Made by a program: the position numbers and the translations under genes. The notes beneath the pieces are model-generated. The model saw only the letters and a program-made list of their open reading frames with translations. It made no database searches and was not told the origin of the DNA. A stretch of 64,000 nt of DNA from Mycobacteriaceae bacterium (GTDB lineage Bacteria > Actinomycetota > Actinomycetes > Mycobacteriales > Mycobacteriaceae). Positions 11,349 through 21,899 of this stretch are shown one piece after another (positions within the stretch are counted from its first letter, which is position 1; every line of letters starts with the position of its first letter). The stretch is from contig DAINXV010000001.1 of NCBI GenBank assembly GCA_036749735.1, forward strand, positions 449,870-513,869. The letters are read 5' to 3'.

Positions 11349-13622
11349 ATGACCAAGATCCACACCGACCCCCTGATCCAAGAACTAGTCGATAGCTACG
11401 AGGACTGGTTCCTCCCCGGGAAATGGCCCTATAAGGGCGAAATGACGAAGAAGTTATGGCCGTACACCAAACTCTTCTCCCCCATCAAAGTCAACAAGAT
11501 GACCATCAAAAACCGCATCGTGATGGCCCCCATGGGCAACATCACCATGTGTGAGGAAACCGGTCGTCCCAATGAACAAATGATCCAGTACCTGGTGGAG
11601 CGCGCCAAGGGTGGTGTTGGCCTCATCACCACTGGCCTCATACCAGTCTCTTTCGGCGTCGACCCTTCCATTATTGAACCCGGCGACCGGACCTACTTCC
11701 CCCGCATCGACACCGGTCGAAGTTGTTTCTCCGGCTGGCGGCAACTAGCACAAGGAGTACACGCCCACGGGGCAAAAATCTTCATCCAGCTGACCCCTGG
11801 CCTCGGCCGCGTTGGCAACCCGCAGTGCCTGGTGAACGACCTGAAACTGCCGGTCTCGGCCTCCTGGAACCCCAACTTCTATATGGGTGAAGTTCCCTGC
11901 CGTCCACTCTGCGACCGGGAAATCAAAAAGATCGTGAAGATGGCTGGCCAGGCCGCTGCCGACGCGAAGGAGTGCGGACTGGATGGCGTCTACCTGCACG
12001 GCCACGAAGGCTACCTGCTGGACCAACTCACCAACAGCGCCTTCAACCGGCGCAAGCTGGGTCGCTACGCCGACACCCAACAGTTCGGCATCGACCTTAT
12101 TGAGGAGATCCGGGAGCGGGTTGGCCCCGACTACCCCATCATGTACCGCATCGACCTCACCACCGCGTTGAACGAAACCTACGGGGACAAGATGCTGGAG
12201 ACGGACATGAAGAAGTTCGTCAACGGCCGCACCATCCACGACACTGTCGACTTCATGAAGAACCTGGTGAAAGCCGGCGTGGACATGTTCGACGTGGATC
12301 TGGGCTGCTACGACAACTGGTGGCTGGCACACATGCCGAACATGATGCCGCCCGCCTGCTTCGCCGCCGTCTCCCGCTTCGTGAAGGAAGAATTCGCCAA
12401 AGACGGGGTCGTCTCCAACGCCGGACTGCCGGTACCGATTGTGGAGGTCGGCAAACTTAACTACCCGGATGTGGCCGAACAGGTGCTGCGCGACGGCAGC
12501 GCCGACATGGTGATGTTGGGTCGCCCGCTGCTGGCGGACGAAGACTGGGCCAATAAAGCCTATGCCGGCGATGTGGCCGACATTCGCCCCTGTATTGGCT
12601 GCCAGGAAGGCTGCGTCTCGGAATTCGTGAAGGGTGGACACCCCACCTGTGCCGTCAACCCCCGCACCGCCTACGAATGCCAGATGCCGAAAGAACTACC
12701 CACCCCGAAAGTGAAGAAACGGGTGTGTGTCATCGGCGGCGGCCCGGCCGGTACCCTCACCGCAATGACCGCAGCAGAGCGCGGCCACGATGTCACCTTG
12801 GTGGAGAAGACCGGCCAGTTGGGTGGACAGATCGTGCCCGGCTGCAAACCGGGAATCAAGTTCGACATTGAGCTCTACCTGGATTGGCTGCAACTGCAGG
12901 CTCGCAAACTGGAGGGCAAGAGCAAGAACTTCCGGGTCTTGTACAACACCGAAGCCAACGCCCAATGGGTGGCCGACCAGGACTTCGACTCCGTGGTGGT
13001 GGCGATTGGTGCCGATCCCATTAAGTTCCCGCTACCCGGTTCCGAAACCAACCGCACCGTCACCGCCACCCAGCTACTGCTGAACCCCAGCCTGTTGGAG
13101 GGCGTGGAGAAGGTCGCGATTATTGGAGGCGGCGACGTGGGCTGCGAATGCGCCTACTGGCTGCGCAAGGAGCACAACAAGGACGTGAGTGTGGTGGAGA
13201 TGCTTCCCGCGTTCATGGAAAGCACCGTCACCGCCAACCGCGGCAACCTGATCCACTACCTGGGTCGCGCTGGGGTACCGCTGCTGAACTGCACTCGCGC
13301 CGTCGGGATCCGGCCTGAGGGCTTGGATGTGGTGCGGAATGTGCACAAGTCGGTTCCCGACCCGTACATGACGTGGCATCCGGTGCTTCCCGAAAACGTG
13401 CCCAACCCGCTGGAAAAGAAAATCAAGGTGGAGGAGCAGGAGGAGACGATCCCAGCGGATCTGATCGTCTTTGCGGCTGGCCTGAAACCTCGCGATGAGT
13501 TGTTCTTCCAGCTGCAGGCGATGAATGCAGCACCGGAAGTGCAAATGATTGGCGATGTGGTGAAACCGGGACGCGTGTTGGAGGCCACCCAGGCCGCTAA
13601 CCGCGTGGGTCGGGCGCTGTAA
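11349..13622 (+). CDS. NADH:flavin oxidoreductase / 2,4-dienoyl-CoA reductase-like protein (OYE TIM-barrel plus 4Fe-4S plus FAD/NAD(P)-binding domain)
   Basis: N-terminal OYE-like barrel, the CIGCQEGC cluster motif, and a C-terminal Rossmann VCVIGGGPAGTLTA...GGQ. It is inserted between clpC and lysS. Confidence 0.8.
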   Translation: MTKIHTDPLIQELVDSYEDWFLPGKWPYKGEMTKKLWPYTKLFSPIKVNKMTIKNRIVMAPMGNITMCEETGRPNEQMIQYLVERAKGGVGLITTGLIPVSFGVDPSIIEPGDRTYFPRIDTGRSCFSGWRQLAQGVHAHGAKIFIQLTPGLGRVGNPQCLVNDLKLPVSASWNPNFYMGEVPCRPLCDREIKKIVKMAGQAAADAKECGLDGVYLHGHEGYLLDQLTNSAFNRRKLGRYADTQQFGIDLIEEIRERVGPDYPIMYRIDLTTALNETYGDKMLETDMKKFVNGRTIHDTVDFMKNLVKAGVDMFDVDLGCYDNWWLAHMPNMMPPACFAAVSRFVKEEFAKDGVVSNAGLPVPIVEVGKLNYPDVAEQVLRDGSADMVMLGRPLLADEDWANKAYAGDVADIRPCIGCQEGCVSEFVKGGHPTCAVNPRTAYECQMPKELPTPKVKKRVCVIGGGPAGTLTAMTAAERGHDVTLVEKTGQLGGQIVPGCKPGIKFDIELYLDWLQLQARKLEGKSKNFRVLYNTEANAQWVADQDFDSVVVAIGADPIKFPLPGSETNRTVTATQLLLNPSLLEGVEKVAIIGGGDVGCECAYWLRKEHNKDVSVVEMLPAFMESTVTANRGNLIHYLGRAGVPLLNCTRAVGIRPEGLDVVRNVHKSVPDPYMTWHPVLPENVPNPLEKKIKVEEQEETIPADLIVFAAGLKPRDELFFQLQAMNAAPEVQMIGDVVKPGRVLEATQAANRVGRAL

Positions 13623-13674
13623 AATGTCGAAAACCCTCTTGCCGATGGCAACAATTCAATAAGTTTCCAAAAAG

Positions 13675-13720
13675 AGGGGGCGGGCTGCAACTTTTCGCAG
13701 CCCGCCCCCTAATGTTTTAC
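13675..13720. terminator. bidirectional intrinsic terminator between oxidoreductase (+) and lysS (-)
   Basis: Hairpin AGGGGGCGGGCTGC-aacttttc-GCAGCCCGCCCCCT, flanked by AAAAAG and AATGTTTTAC. Confidence 0.6.
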
Positions 13721-13764
13721 TGAACTAAATTAAGGAAGTTTTCAGTTTCGATTTTTGGTGCCGG

Positions 13765-15390
13765 TTAGTTCCGCTGTTCCGGTTTCACAATCGGGAAAAG
13801 AACCGTTTCGCGAATACCCAGACCGGTAAGAGCCATCAACAAGCGGTCAATACCCATGCCGATACCGGCGGTGGGTGGCATGCCCTGCTCCATGGCTTCC
13901 AGGAAGTCCTCATCCAGTTCCATGGCTTCCTCATCGCCGGCCGCAGCCAGCCGTGCCTGGTCCACAAAACGCTCCCGCTGGATAACCGGATCCACCAACT
14001 CGGAGTAGGCGGTCGCCAATTCGAAGCCGCGCACGTAGAGATCCCACTTTTCGGTGATCCCACGCTCAGAGCGGTGATCGCGGGTCAGTGGAGAGGTTTC
14101 TACCGGGAAGTTCCGCACAAAGATGGGACCTTCCAACTGGTCTTCGCACAGGTGCTCCCAGAGTTCTTCCACCAGTTTGCCGTGCAGCCAGCCAGCACCC
14201 TCCGGCACCTCCAGACCCACCAGTTCGGCAATGTCTTCCAGCTCGCCCACAGAAGTATCGACGGTAATATCCATGTCGAGGGTTTCGGGGAATTTGCGAT
14301 GCAGCGCCTCATTCAGTGAGGGGTACATTTCGATGCTTTCCCACTTGTCGCCACCGAAATCGTATTCAGTGCCATCTGCCAGCGTGACAGTAGTGGAGCC
14401 GAAAACTTCCTCCGCCACCTCTTGGATAACCTCCCGCATCATGCGAGCAGCATCATCGTAGGTGCCGTAGGCCTGGTAGGTCTCCAGCATGGCGAATTCC
14501 GGGCTGTGGGAGGAATCGACGCCCTCATTGCGGAAGTTGCGGTTGATCTCAAAGACGCGCTCCAAGCCGCCCACCACACAGCGCTTCAGGTAAAGCTCCG
14601 GCGCAATACGCAGGTAAAGATCCATGTCGAGGGCATTGGAGTGGGTGACGAAGGGGCGTGCGGCAGCACCACCGTGCAGGGTTTGCAGCATCGGGGTTTC
14701 GACTTCCAGGAAACCACGGCGCTCCAGGGCATGCCGGAGAGCGCGCACCACCTTAATGCGGATGACGGCATTGCGACGAGCCTCCTCCCGCATGATGAGG
14801 TCAGTGTAGCGGTGGCGGATGCGCGTATCTTCGCTGAGGTCCTTGTGGGCCACCGGAAGCGGACGGATGGACTTGGATGCCATGGCCCATTCGGTGGCCA
14901 TGACGGATAGTTCGCCACGCTTGGAGCGCACCACCCGGCCACTCACATAGACGAAGTCACCCAGGTCGACGTCAGTCTTCCACTCGCCCAGTTCTTCCTT
15001 ACCGACCTCCCGCTCAGACAGCATGACCTGCAGTTGGGCAACCTCGCCCAACTTGGTGATGTCTGCAGTGTCATTCGTGATGCCTTCTTGTAGTCGGGCG
15101 AAGCACAGGCGGCCGGTGTTGCGCACAAACAGGACGCGGCCAGCAATAGTCACGAAATCTTCGGACTCGTCACCGGGCTCCAACTTGTCGTAGTCGGGGT
15201 TGTCGATAATCTCGCGCAAAGTGTGGGTGCGCGGAACAACCACCGGATAGGGTTCGCGGCGGCTGTTTCCAGCTGCCTTCTCCAGCAGGCGTTCCCGCTT
15301 ATCCTTGCGGATGCGGATCTGCTCGGGGGACTTATCGTCCTCTGCTGCGGGATTATCAGGATCTTGGGAAGTCTTATTGAGATCAGTCAC
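13765..15390 (-). CDS. lysS: lysine--tRNA ligase (class II)
   Basis: 541 aa, with an OB-fold anticodon-binding N-terminus and class II motifs (FRNEG, GGAARPF). It lies in conserved clpC-lysS-panC synteny. Confidence 0.9.
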   Translation of the reverse strand: MTDLNKTSQDPDNPAAEDDKSPEQIRIRKDKRERLLEKAAGNSRREPYPVVVPRTHTLREIIDNPDYDKLEPGDESEDFVTIAGRVLFVRNTGRLCFARLQEGITNDTADITKLGEVAQLQVMLSEREVGKEELGEWKTDVDLGDFVYVSGRVVRSKRGELSVMATEWAMASKSIRPLPVAHKDLSEDTRIRHRYTDLIMREEARRNAVIRIKVVRALRHALERRGFLEVETPMLQTLHGGAAARPFVTHSNALDMDLYLRIAPELYLKRCVVGGLERVFEINRNFRNEGVDSSHSPEFAMLETYQAYGTYDDAARMMREVIQEVAEEVFGSTTVTLADGTEYDFGGDKWESIEMYPSLNEALHRKFPETLDMDITVDTSVGELEDIAELVGLEVPEGAGWLHGKLVEELWEHLCEDQLEGPIFVRNFPVETSPLTRDHRSERGITEKWDLYVRGFELATAYSELVDPVIQRERFVDQARLAAAGDEEAMELDEDFLEAMEQGMPPTAGIGMGIDRLLMALTGLGIRETVLFPIVKPEQRN

Positions 15391-15576
15391 GCCTACTAGA
15401 ATAGTGCCTTTCGCGCGGTATCCGAATCTGGGGATGTTTTAGCGGCAAAAATCCCACAAATTGGCGTATTTAAAACATTTTTATATCAATTTAAGGCATC
15501 AACAGTTACTGTGACCATAAGGAAACAAATAGGCGTTCGAGTAGAGTGCACCCCTAAAGTGCGATAGGAATAATTC

Positions 15577-17046
15577 GTGACTACTCCAAAAGAGAACCAA
15601 CAAAAAGTTGAGAAAGGCTCCGAGCCGAAATCCCGCCTCCCGCGGTGGCTCCGCGCACCCGGCCCCCAACCGCTGCTTCCCAAAGAAGAGATTGACCAGA
15701 AATATCCGCGTCTGCGGCTGCAGGTCTTCTTGGGTATTTTTATCGGCTACGCCTCCTACTACCTCATTCGCAACAACGTATCCTTAGTCGCCGCCATTCT
15801 TCAGGAAAATGGTCTCTCCAAGACCGACATTGGCATCATCGCCAACTGTCTCCTCCTGGCCTATGGCTTTAGTAAATTCTTTTCGGCCACAATTAGTGAT
15901 CGCTCTAATGCGCGCTACTTCATGCCACTCGACCTCATCCTCTCGGGTCTGACAAATATTCTGATCGCCTTCTCCATTGGAGCCACCATTTCGGTCAGTA
16001 TTTTTGCAGTACTGATGACATTCAATGGCATCTTCCAGGGAATGGGTTGGCCACCTTCCGGTCGCGTCATGGTGCATTGGTTTTCCACCTCGGAGCGCGG
16101 CTCCAAGATGGCGTTATGGAATATTGCCCACAACGTGGGTGCAGCACTAGCAGGTGTGCTGGTGGCGGCCGCCCTCGAAATGTTCGGGAAAGAAAACTGG
16201 TCCTCCGCTTTTTGGTTCCCGGCTCTAGTGTGTTTCGTCATGGCGATTGTGGCGTTCCTGCTGATTCGGGACAATCCCCGCTCCCAGGGACTGCCGTCCA
16301 TTGAGGAATACCGCAACGACCCGGCCCCGGTCGAGGTGAGCGACACGGATCGGAAAGAATCCGCCTGGTCCACCATTAAACGCCATGTGCTCACCAACCC
16401 CACCATGATCTTCCTGGCCTTGGCAAACGTCTTCGTCTACACCCTCCGCTACGGCATTGTGAGCTGGGCTCCGGTCTACATCACCCAAGTTCGTGGCGGC
16501 TCGCTGGGCGCAGGTATCGCTGGTTTCTCCATCTTCGAGATTGCGGGCATTGCCGGCACCCTCCTGTGCGGTTGGGCGTCCGACCACATTTTCAAGGGAC
16601 GTCGCTCCATCACCGGCATTGTGTTCATGGTTGGCGTCATCCTGGCGGTTCTCCTGTATTGGTTGCCCAGCGATGAAGCCCCACTGTGGATCCCCTACCT
16701 CGCACTGGCCATTGCTGGTGGCCTCATCTACGGCCCCGTTATGCTGATTGGCTTGCAGGCCCTGGACCTCTCCCCCACGCATGTGGCCGGAACCGCTGCT
16801 GGTTTCACTGGCCTGTTCGGTTACGCCCTGGGCGCCACTTTGGCTTCCACCGGAGTTGGTGCCATTGCTGACAACTTGGGTTGGAAGTCCGCCTTCCTCT
16901 TCCTCATCATCTGTGCAATAGCTGCCATCGTGCTACTGGCACTAGTTGATAGGAAAGAGAAACACATTGTGCAAGAGGCGCGCGCTAAACGTGACCTCAA
17001 ACAGGAGATTGTTGCGCAGGAGGAAACTCCCCAACCTCCCATGTAG
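15577..17046 (+). CDS. organophosphate:phosphate antiporter (MFS, GlpT/UhpT-like glycerol-3-phosphate or hexose-phosphate transporter)
   Basis: Long stretches are near-identical to E. coli GlpT, including GMGWPP.GR.MVHWFS..ERG and YGPVMLIGL.AL.L.P..VAGTAAGFTGLFGY. GTG start at 15577 with AGGAA 6 nt upstream. Confidence 0.8.
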   Translation: MTTPKENQQKVEKGSEPKSRLPRWLRAPGPQPLLPKEEIDQKYPRLRLQVFLGIFIGYASYYLIRNNVSLVAAILQENGLSKTDIGIIANCLLLAYGFSKFFSATISDRSNARYFMPLDLILSGLTNILIAFSIGATISVSIFAVLMTFNGIFQGMGWPPSGRVMVHWFSTSERGSKMALWNIAHNVGAALAGVLVAAALEMFGKENWSSAFWFPALVCFVMAIVAFLLIRDNPRSQGLPSIEEYRNDPAPVEVSDTDRKESAWSTIKRHVLTNPTMIFLALANVFVYTLRYGIVSWAPVYITQVRGGSLGAGIAGFSIFEIAGIAGTLLCGWASDHIFKGRRSITGIVFMVGVILAVLLYWLPSDEAPLWIPYLALAIAGGLIYGPVMLIGLQALDLSPTHVAGTAAGFTGLFGYALGATLASTGVGAIADNLGWKSAFLFLIICAIAAIVLLALVDRKEKHIVQEARAKRDLKQEIVAQEETPQPPM

Positions 17047-17066
17047 AAAGTGATGCGGCAGGCTTC

Positions 17067-18128
17067 TTAACGAAGTCCCAAGCTACGCAGCAAAAAGCGG
17101 AGCCCACCTTTGCGGTAAAGGTCGTCGGACCAGAAAGCCCAATTGTGGGCTCCCTTTTCAGCTATACGGAAAGTGAATCGCTTGGAGTTCTGCGAGCGGT
17201 TGACACGCCGCTGGAATTTCTTGGTCTGGTAATTGGAGGCCCGTTCCGCGATCACCTCAAATTCGGGGAGGTCTTCGCTCCCGTTCATGGAGGTGTCGTT
17301 GCCGCACGATACACGCACCGGCATGGTGTAGCTGTCGATGTTGAGGGACGGGTCATGGTCGCGCCATTTGCCGCCCGGCCACTGGCCCCACAGCGTTTTA
17401 GGATCCATACCCACAGCCCGCGCCCCAATCCGCATTGCTGTCGATTCGATGGGGCTGGACAGCGTGTAGTACCCGCTCATGGCGTTCACGGCTGAGTATT
17501 TGTGGGGGTGACGTTGCGCCAGGTTCATAATGCCCACGCTGCCCATAGACAACCCCACCAAAGCAGTGGAATGTTTGCGACGCGGCACCTGGAAGTTGCG
17601 TGCCAGGTAGGAGGGCAATTCCCGGGTCAAGAACGTTTCCCACTTATAGTTTTTGCCACCCGAGGGGGACTCATAGTCGGTGTAGTAGGAGCCGGCGGCA
17701 TAGTCGCCCGAAATGGGGGCAACCAGGGTGACATTCCGACGCACCAGGTGTTTCTGAAGGTTACCGTTGGCAATAAAACCGGAATGGTCGTTGCGAGTTC
17801 CGTAGCCATCCAACGCCAAAACAACCTTCGGGTTGTGGGGAGTGATGGAGGGAAGGATCTCCACCGGGATGCGTTTACCCATGGCCGGTGAATACACTTT
17901 GCACAATTGCAGGCCCCGTCCGAACTTGTTCCACTTGCAACCGGGACGCAGGTAGCTGCGATGCGAACTGGCATATTTGGCGGGCAGCGGTGCCCAAAGC
18001 GGAGATACGGGAAGCTTGTCGGCGGCGTGTGCGGCCGGGGCTGCAACAACCCCTGTTGCAACCATGCTGAGAGCCACTGCGGTGGCAGCTAGCGCGGTCA
18101 TCCCCCGGCGGGTGGATATGGTCTCCAT
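17067..18128 (-). CDS. secreted esterase-family protein (Ag85/mycolyltransferase-like putative esterase)
   Basis: Signal peptide ending AHA, and an esterase-D/Ag85-type nucleophile region VGLSMGSVG. Confidence 0.65.
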   Translation of the reverse strand: METISTRRGMTALAATAVALSMVATGVVAAPAAHAADKLPVSPLWAPLPAKYASSHRSYLRPGCKWNKFGRGLQLCKVYSPAMGKRIPVEILPSITPHNPKVVLALDGYGTRNDHSGFIANGNLQKHLVRRNVTLVAPISGDYAAGSYYTDYESPSGGKNYKWETFLTRELPSYLARNFQVPRRKHSTALVGLSMGSVGIMNLAQRHPHKYSAVNAMSGYYTLSSPIESTAMRIGARAVGMDPKTLWGQWPGGKWRDHDPSLNIDSYTMPVRVSCGNDTSMNGSEDLPEFEVIAERASNYQTKKFQRRVNRSQNSKRFTFRIAEKGAHNWAFWSDDLYRKGGLRFLLRSLGLR

Positions 18129-18137
18129 GGCGTGTGG

Positions 18138-18989
18138 TTATCCTTCCGCGGGGACAATCAGTAGCCCCACATTGTCATGGCAGTAGGTGTCATCGGCTAA
18201 TTGTGCCGTAACAAGCAGCCTGGTGTCACCCTCTTCCGGGGCAACATTCAAGTCATAATCCACCAACACCGCAGAGACGTTTTTTAATCCCGGTTCTGCT
18301 TCCAACACGCCACGAGCAGCCTCAATGACTGCCTCTTTGCCGAACCGGACATTATGTGCCCCGGCCACCAGGGCGGCGGAGAGCGCAAGGGCAGGCGCAT
18401 AATGTTCATCCTGGTTGTGCTGGCTTAATGCCATCCCGTTACTGTCCCTTAACGTGTTGACCGCAGTGATGCTGGCCGGGATAGACAGGTCGCGGAAAGC
18501 ATGGCGCAGCGCCACCAGCTGATGAAAATCCCGTTCCCCCACAAACACCCGATCCGGACGGGTGATCTGGGTGAGCGCCACCAGCCGGGTAATGGATTCC
18601 TCCAACCCTGGGGGTGGAACGAGTTCCTTGTTGGGAAAGTCGGTGCTGATGAGGGTGCGCATCCCCTGTGGGAAAAGATCAGCATAGTCGGGGGAAAAGT
18701 AGAGAGACACCGTCGGGTGCTGCATTTCTTTTAAGAAAGCAATGTCGGTGTCGCGGTGTTCCAGATGGCTATTGTCGGGGCTGACGGCAGCCACAACAAC
18801 TACGCTTCCCGGTACCCGCGCCGCCATTTCAATGACTCCCCGGTGCCCCGCGTGCAAGTGTCCGCGGGTGGGAACAAGTATTACGGTGCGGGCTGTTTTG
18901 TGGAGTGCACGCACCACCTGGGCGATGGTGTCGGGTTGGGTATGGCAGGTGACAGTGCCTGGATGGTATCCAGGATTTGGGGGCTGCAT
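18138..18989 (-). CDS. panC: pantoate--beta-alanine ligase
   Basis: LVPTRGHLHAGH matches the PanC LVPTMGxLHxGH HIGH-type motif. Confidence 0.85.
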   Translation of the reverse strand: MQPPNPGYHPGTVTCHTQPDTIAQVVRALHKTARTVILVPTRGHLHAGHRGVIEMAARVPGSVVVVAAVSPDNSHLEHRDTDIAFLKEMQHPTVSLYFSPDYADLFPQGMRTLISTDFPNKELVPPPGLEESITRLVALTQITRPDRVFVGERDFHQLVALRHAFRDLSIPASITAVNTLRDSNGMALSQHNQDEHYAPALALSAALVAGAHNVRFGKEAVIEAARGVLEAEPGLKNVSAVLVDYDLNVAPEEGDTRLLVTAQLADDTYCHDNVGLLIVPAEG

Positions 18990-19011
18990 AGGCGGTGAGG
19001 CTTTCTTCGGT

Positions 19012-20796
19012 TTAGCTGTTTTCTAGCCGTTTCATAATTTCAGCAAGGCTAAGTCCACTGGTGTGGGCGCCTTGGTTCGTGCTCTCGGAATCCGCCTCTG
19101 GTGCAGCCCGACGTCCTTCCGCGCTGCGGCGCGGTTGGTAGCCGGTGTCCGTGTCGCTGTCGGCACTGCGGTGGCGCCGTCCCACATATTCGGTGCTAGC
19201 GCTACTGTCGCTGCGGGGAGTGGTCTCCTTAGTGGGGCTGCTAATATCCGCCAAACCAGGGGAACTATAGGAGCTGGGGCTAAAGGGACTGTCGTCTCCC
19301 ATGTCGGACCAGTCAATTTTTGGCGCGGAGGGAGCTTCAAAGTTGGTGGAGAAGTCCGGCCAGCCGTCTTTCTTGCGTTTGGCGGCGCGGCTGGAGCTCT
19401 CTTCCTTCTTACGGGGTGGTGCGGGAGCCTGAGCGGCCGGCGCGGCCGGTTCTTCTTCCCTCACGCGGCGTGGCTTGTAGCTGGTTTCGGTAGCGCTGCT
19501 GTCCCCGAAACTAAAGGTGGGTGTGTCCTCGGTGGAGCGGCGCACCCGACGCGGCACATAGTCATCATCCGCTGAGGACGAGGAAGCTGCACTGTCGGCG
19601 TAGCGGCGGCTGGTTGCGGCGGCAGCTCGGTAGGCTGCGGCCCGGCGTTCTTCTTCCGCCAAACGTTCCTCTTCGGCTTTCCGGCGAGCTGCTTCCTCTT
19701 CTTCTGCGCGGCGGGCGGCGTCAGCGGCAGCCTTGCGGCGTTGCTCTTCCTGACGTTTCTTCTCTTCGGCTTTCCGACGTTCCTCTGCTTTGCGGCGCTC
19801 TTCTTCAGCGCGGCGTTCCTGCTCGGCGCGGCGCTCGGCAGCAGCTTGCCGTTCTGCACGTTCGCGCTCGCGTTCTGCGGCAATCCGTTCTTGCTCCTTG
19901 CGGCGCTCCTCAGCTGCCCGTTCGCGTTCGCGGCGTTCCTCTTCGGCCTTACGGCGCTCCTCCGCGGCACGTTCTTCCGCAGCGCGCTCCTCTGCCGCTC
20001 GCTTTTCAGCCATTTCGCGGGCTTCCCGCTCGGCGGCTTCGCGTGCCTTAGCCAGGCGTTCCTGCTCAGCTTTCTCTTCTTGGAAGCGAGCCATTTCTTG
20101 CTGCGCGGTGCGCTGCTCACGTTCCTGCTCGAAACGTCGCACAGCTTCGGCATCTTCGTCCTGGGTTTCGTGCACAACCTCGGCTTCGGCGACATTGTCA
20201 TCCATGCCGTAGCCATCCGGGTAGTCGCCCGGTGCCCCGTAGCCGTCACCGTACTGGCCGTAATCGCCATACGAATAGTCGCCGTAATCCCCGTAGCCGT
20301 CATAGTTGTCGTACGGGTAGAAGAAGTCGCCAGTGCCATCCCCAATGGCTAACTGTTCATCAAATTCGGGGCCAAACATTTGGCTGAGCTGGATACGCAT
20401 AGCTGTAAGCTCGGTGCGCAACTGTTCCATCTCCAGGCGGGCGGCCTCTTCGATCTCGGCCCGGCGCTGGGATTCTTGCTCATCGTATTTGTCGATTTCG
20501 CGCTGCAATTGGCGTTGATAATCTTCCGCCATGAGTCCCGCACGAACATTTACTTGGTTGGCGCGACGCTGGTAATACATCATCACGAAAGCGCCCAAAA
20601 CTGCAGCCCAGAGTGCAACCACAACAGCAATTCGGGCCCACATAGCGGAGGACGTCACCAGCATGGTGACGGTGGCGACAAGCGCCAAAACGACTAGCAG
20701 CACCACCGCCATGGTGGGCCACGTCGAATGTGAAGCAGAACGGCTATTGCGGGGTGCCGTCCTTTTTTCCGCATCGTTTGTATTTGGTGCACTCAT
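19012..20796 (-). CDS. membrane protein with two N-terminal TM helices, a DYG-repeat segment and an about 180 aa E/R/A/K-only charged helix (Rv3604c-like Ala/Arg-rich membrane protein)
   Basis: Composition and synteny (it sits between panC and the DUF3180-folK genes). Nucleotide-level repeats (gcggcgttcctc...) underlie the AEERAAEERAAEERRK region. Confidence 0.6.
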   Translation of the reverse strand: MSAPNTNDAEKRTAPRNSRSASHSTWPTMAVVLLVVLALVATVTMLVTSSAMWARIAVVVALWAAVLGAFVMMYYQRRANQVNVRAGLMAEDYQRQLQREIDKYDEQESQRRAEIEEAARLEMEQLRTELTAMRIQLSQMFGPEFDEQLAIGDGTGDFFYPYDNYDGYGDYGDYSYGDYGQYGDGYGAPGDYPDGYGMDDNVAEAEVVHETQDEDAEAVRRFEQEREQRTAQQEMARFQEEKAEQERLAKAREAAEREAREMAEKRAAEERAAEERAAEERRKAEEERRERERAAEERRKEQERIAAERERERAERQAAAERRAEQERRAEEERRKAEERRKAEEKKRQEEQRRKAAADAARRAEEEEAARRKAEEERLAEEERRAAAYRAAAATSRRYADSAASSSSADDDYVPRRVRRSTEDTPTFSFGDSSATETSYKPRRVREEEPAAPAAQAPAPPRKKEESSSRAAKRKKDGWPDFSTNFEAPSAPKIDWSDMGDDSPFSPSSYSSPGLADISSPTKETTPRSDSSASTEYVGRRHRSADSDTDTGYQPRRSAEGRRAAPEADSESTNQGAHTSGLSLAEIMKRLENS

Positions 20797-20828
20797 AGTT
20801 TTGAGGATACCTGGTTGAATAGCTCAAT

Positions 20829-21368
20829 TCATGACGCCGTGGCTGCGCCGTTAACTTTCTCGCCTTCGATTCCGGAGGGAGGGACGCGACACGACCGTTC
20901 TAATACTAATCCGCCAATCGCCAAAAGGAGTCCTGTTACGGCAAACGCAATGACTCCCGGGGTGTCTGACTTGGCCGCCATCAACACATCTGCACGGGGC
21001 CACACGTACAGTCCCGAGCCGACCCCGACTCCCACAAACACTGCTCCCGCCCAGGCGGAGGCACGCCCCATGGCGAGGGCACGGGCGGCGTGCAGCGGGT
21101 GCAGTTGGTGACGGTCCTGCCCCAGCTTGTTGTCTTTAATGCTGCGGCGGATATACCAGGCCAGGACGAAGTCCACTACCGCCAAAATGAGGATCGGGAG
21201 GCTCACCGTAATGCTGAAGTCGGCCAGGCTGCTATAGAAAAATCGCACCAAAAGCCAGGTCAGCAGGGTGGCGACGGCGGCGCACACTACCAGACTGCTG
21301 ATCGAGGTGAGGTGCATTCGGTTGTCGTCTTCGGGAGGCAGCTCAGGCTGTTCCTGGGGATCGGTCAC
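20829..21368 (-). CDS. DUF3180-like integral membrane protein (folK-adjacent)
   Basis: 179 aa, 4 predicted TM helices, immediately upstream of folK with a 4 nt overlap, as DUF3180 genes are in actinobacterial folate operons. Confidence 0.55.
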   Translation of the reverse strand: MTDPQEQPELPPEDDNRMHLTSISSLVVCAAVATLLTWLLVRFFYSSLADFSITVSLPILILAVVDFVLAWYIRRSIKDNKLGQDRHQLHPLHAARALAMGRASAWAGAVFVGVGVGSGLYVWPRADVLMAAKSDTPGVIAFAVTGLLLAIGGLVLERSCRVPPSGIEGEKVNGAATAS

Positions 21369-21895
21369 GGTGCACCTCCTAAAGGTTCATCTGGATTATC
21401 TAGTCTAACCCCTGCTCGCTGTGTCGCTGGCAGATCCTCGAGAGCTTGCTGAAACTCGGGGATGAGGGGGCTAGTGGGGGCGGCGTCGGTGAGCACCTGG
21501 AGGGCAGGAATCAGGACGAATGCGCGCTCCCGTGCCCGTGGGTGAGGGAGAGTGAGGTGCGGATCGTCCTGCACATAGGGGGTGCCGCTGTCGGTGTCCC
21601 AACAGGCGATAATGTCCACGTCGAGGGTGCGGGGACCCCATTTCTGGGTGCGTTCCCGGTGGGCTTTAGTTTCCGCGGTGTGGGCGCGTTGCAGCCAGGT
21701 GTCGGGGGTGGCTTCCGGATCCGTCACCAGCAGTGCAGTGTTGCGGAAATCCGGCTGGTTGGTGACTCCCCAGGGTGCGGTGCGGTAGATGGGTGAGGCA
21801 GCCACCGTCCAGGGCGCGAAAAACTGGTGGGCGGCTTGCAGTTGCGCATACGGATCCCCCAGGTTGCTGCCGAGGGAGAGAAGCGCGGTGGTCAT
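21365..21895 (-). CDS. folK: 2-amino-4-hydroxy-6-hydroxymethyldihydropteridine diphosphokinase (HPPK)
   Basis: LSLGSNLGD start, conserved Pxxx(T)APWG motif, and RTLDVDII motif. Confidence 0.85.
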   Translation of the reverse strand: MTTALLSLGSNLGDPYAQLQAAHQFFAPWTVAASPIYRTAPWGVTNQPDFRNTALLVTDPEATPDTWLQRAHTAETKAHRERTQKWGPRTLDVDIIACWDTDSGTPYVQDDPHLTLPHPRARERAFVLIPALQVLTDAAPTSPLIPEFQQALEDLPATQRAGVRLDNPDEPLGGAP

Positions 21896-21899
21896 GCGG

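Noticed and set aside
19461-20352. Alternative-frame ORFs and apparent DNA repeats within the E/R-rich gene; considered as a repeat array or CRISPR-like.
   Set aside because: The repeats are imperfect codon-level repeats inside one long coding frame with a sensible N-terminal membrane domain. There are no spacer/repeat regularity and no cas genes.
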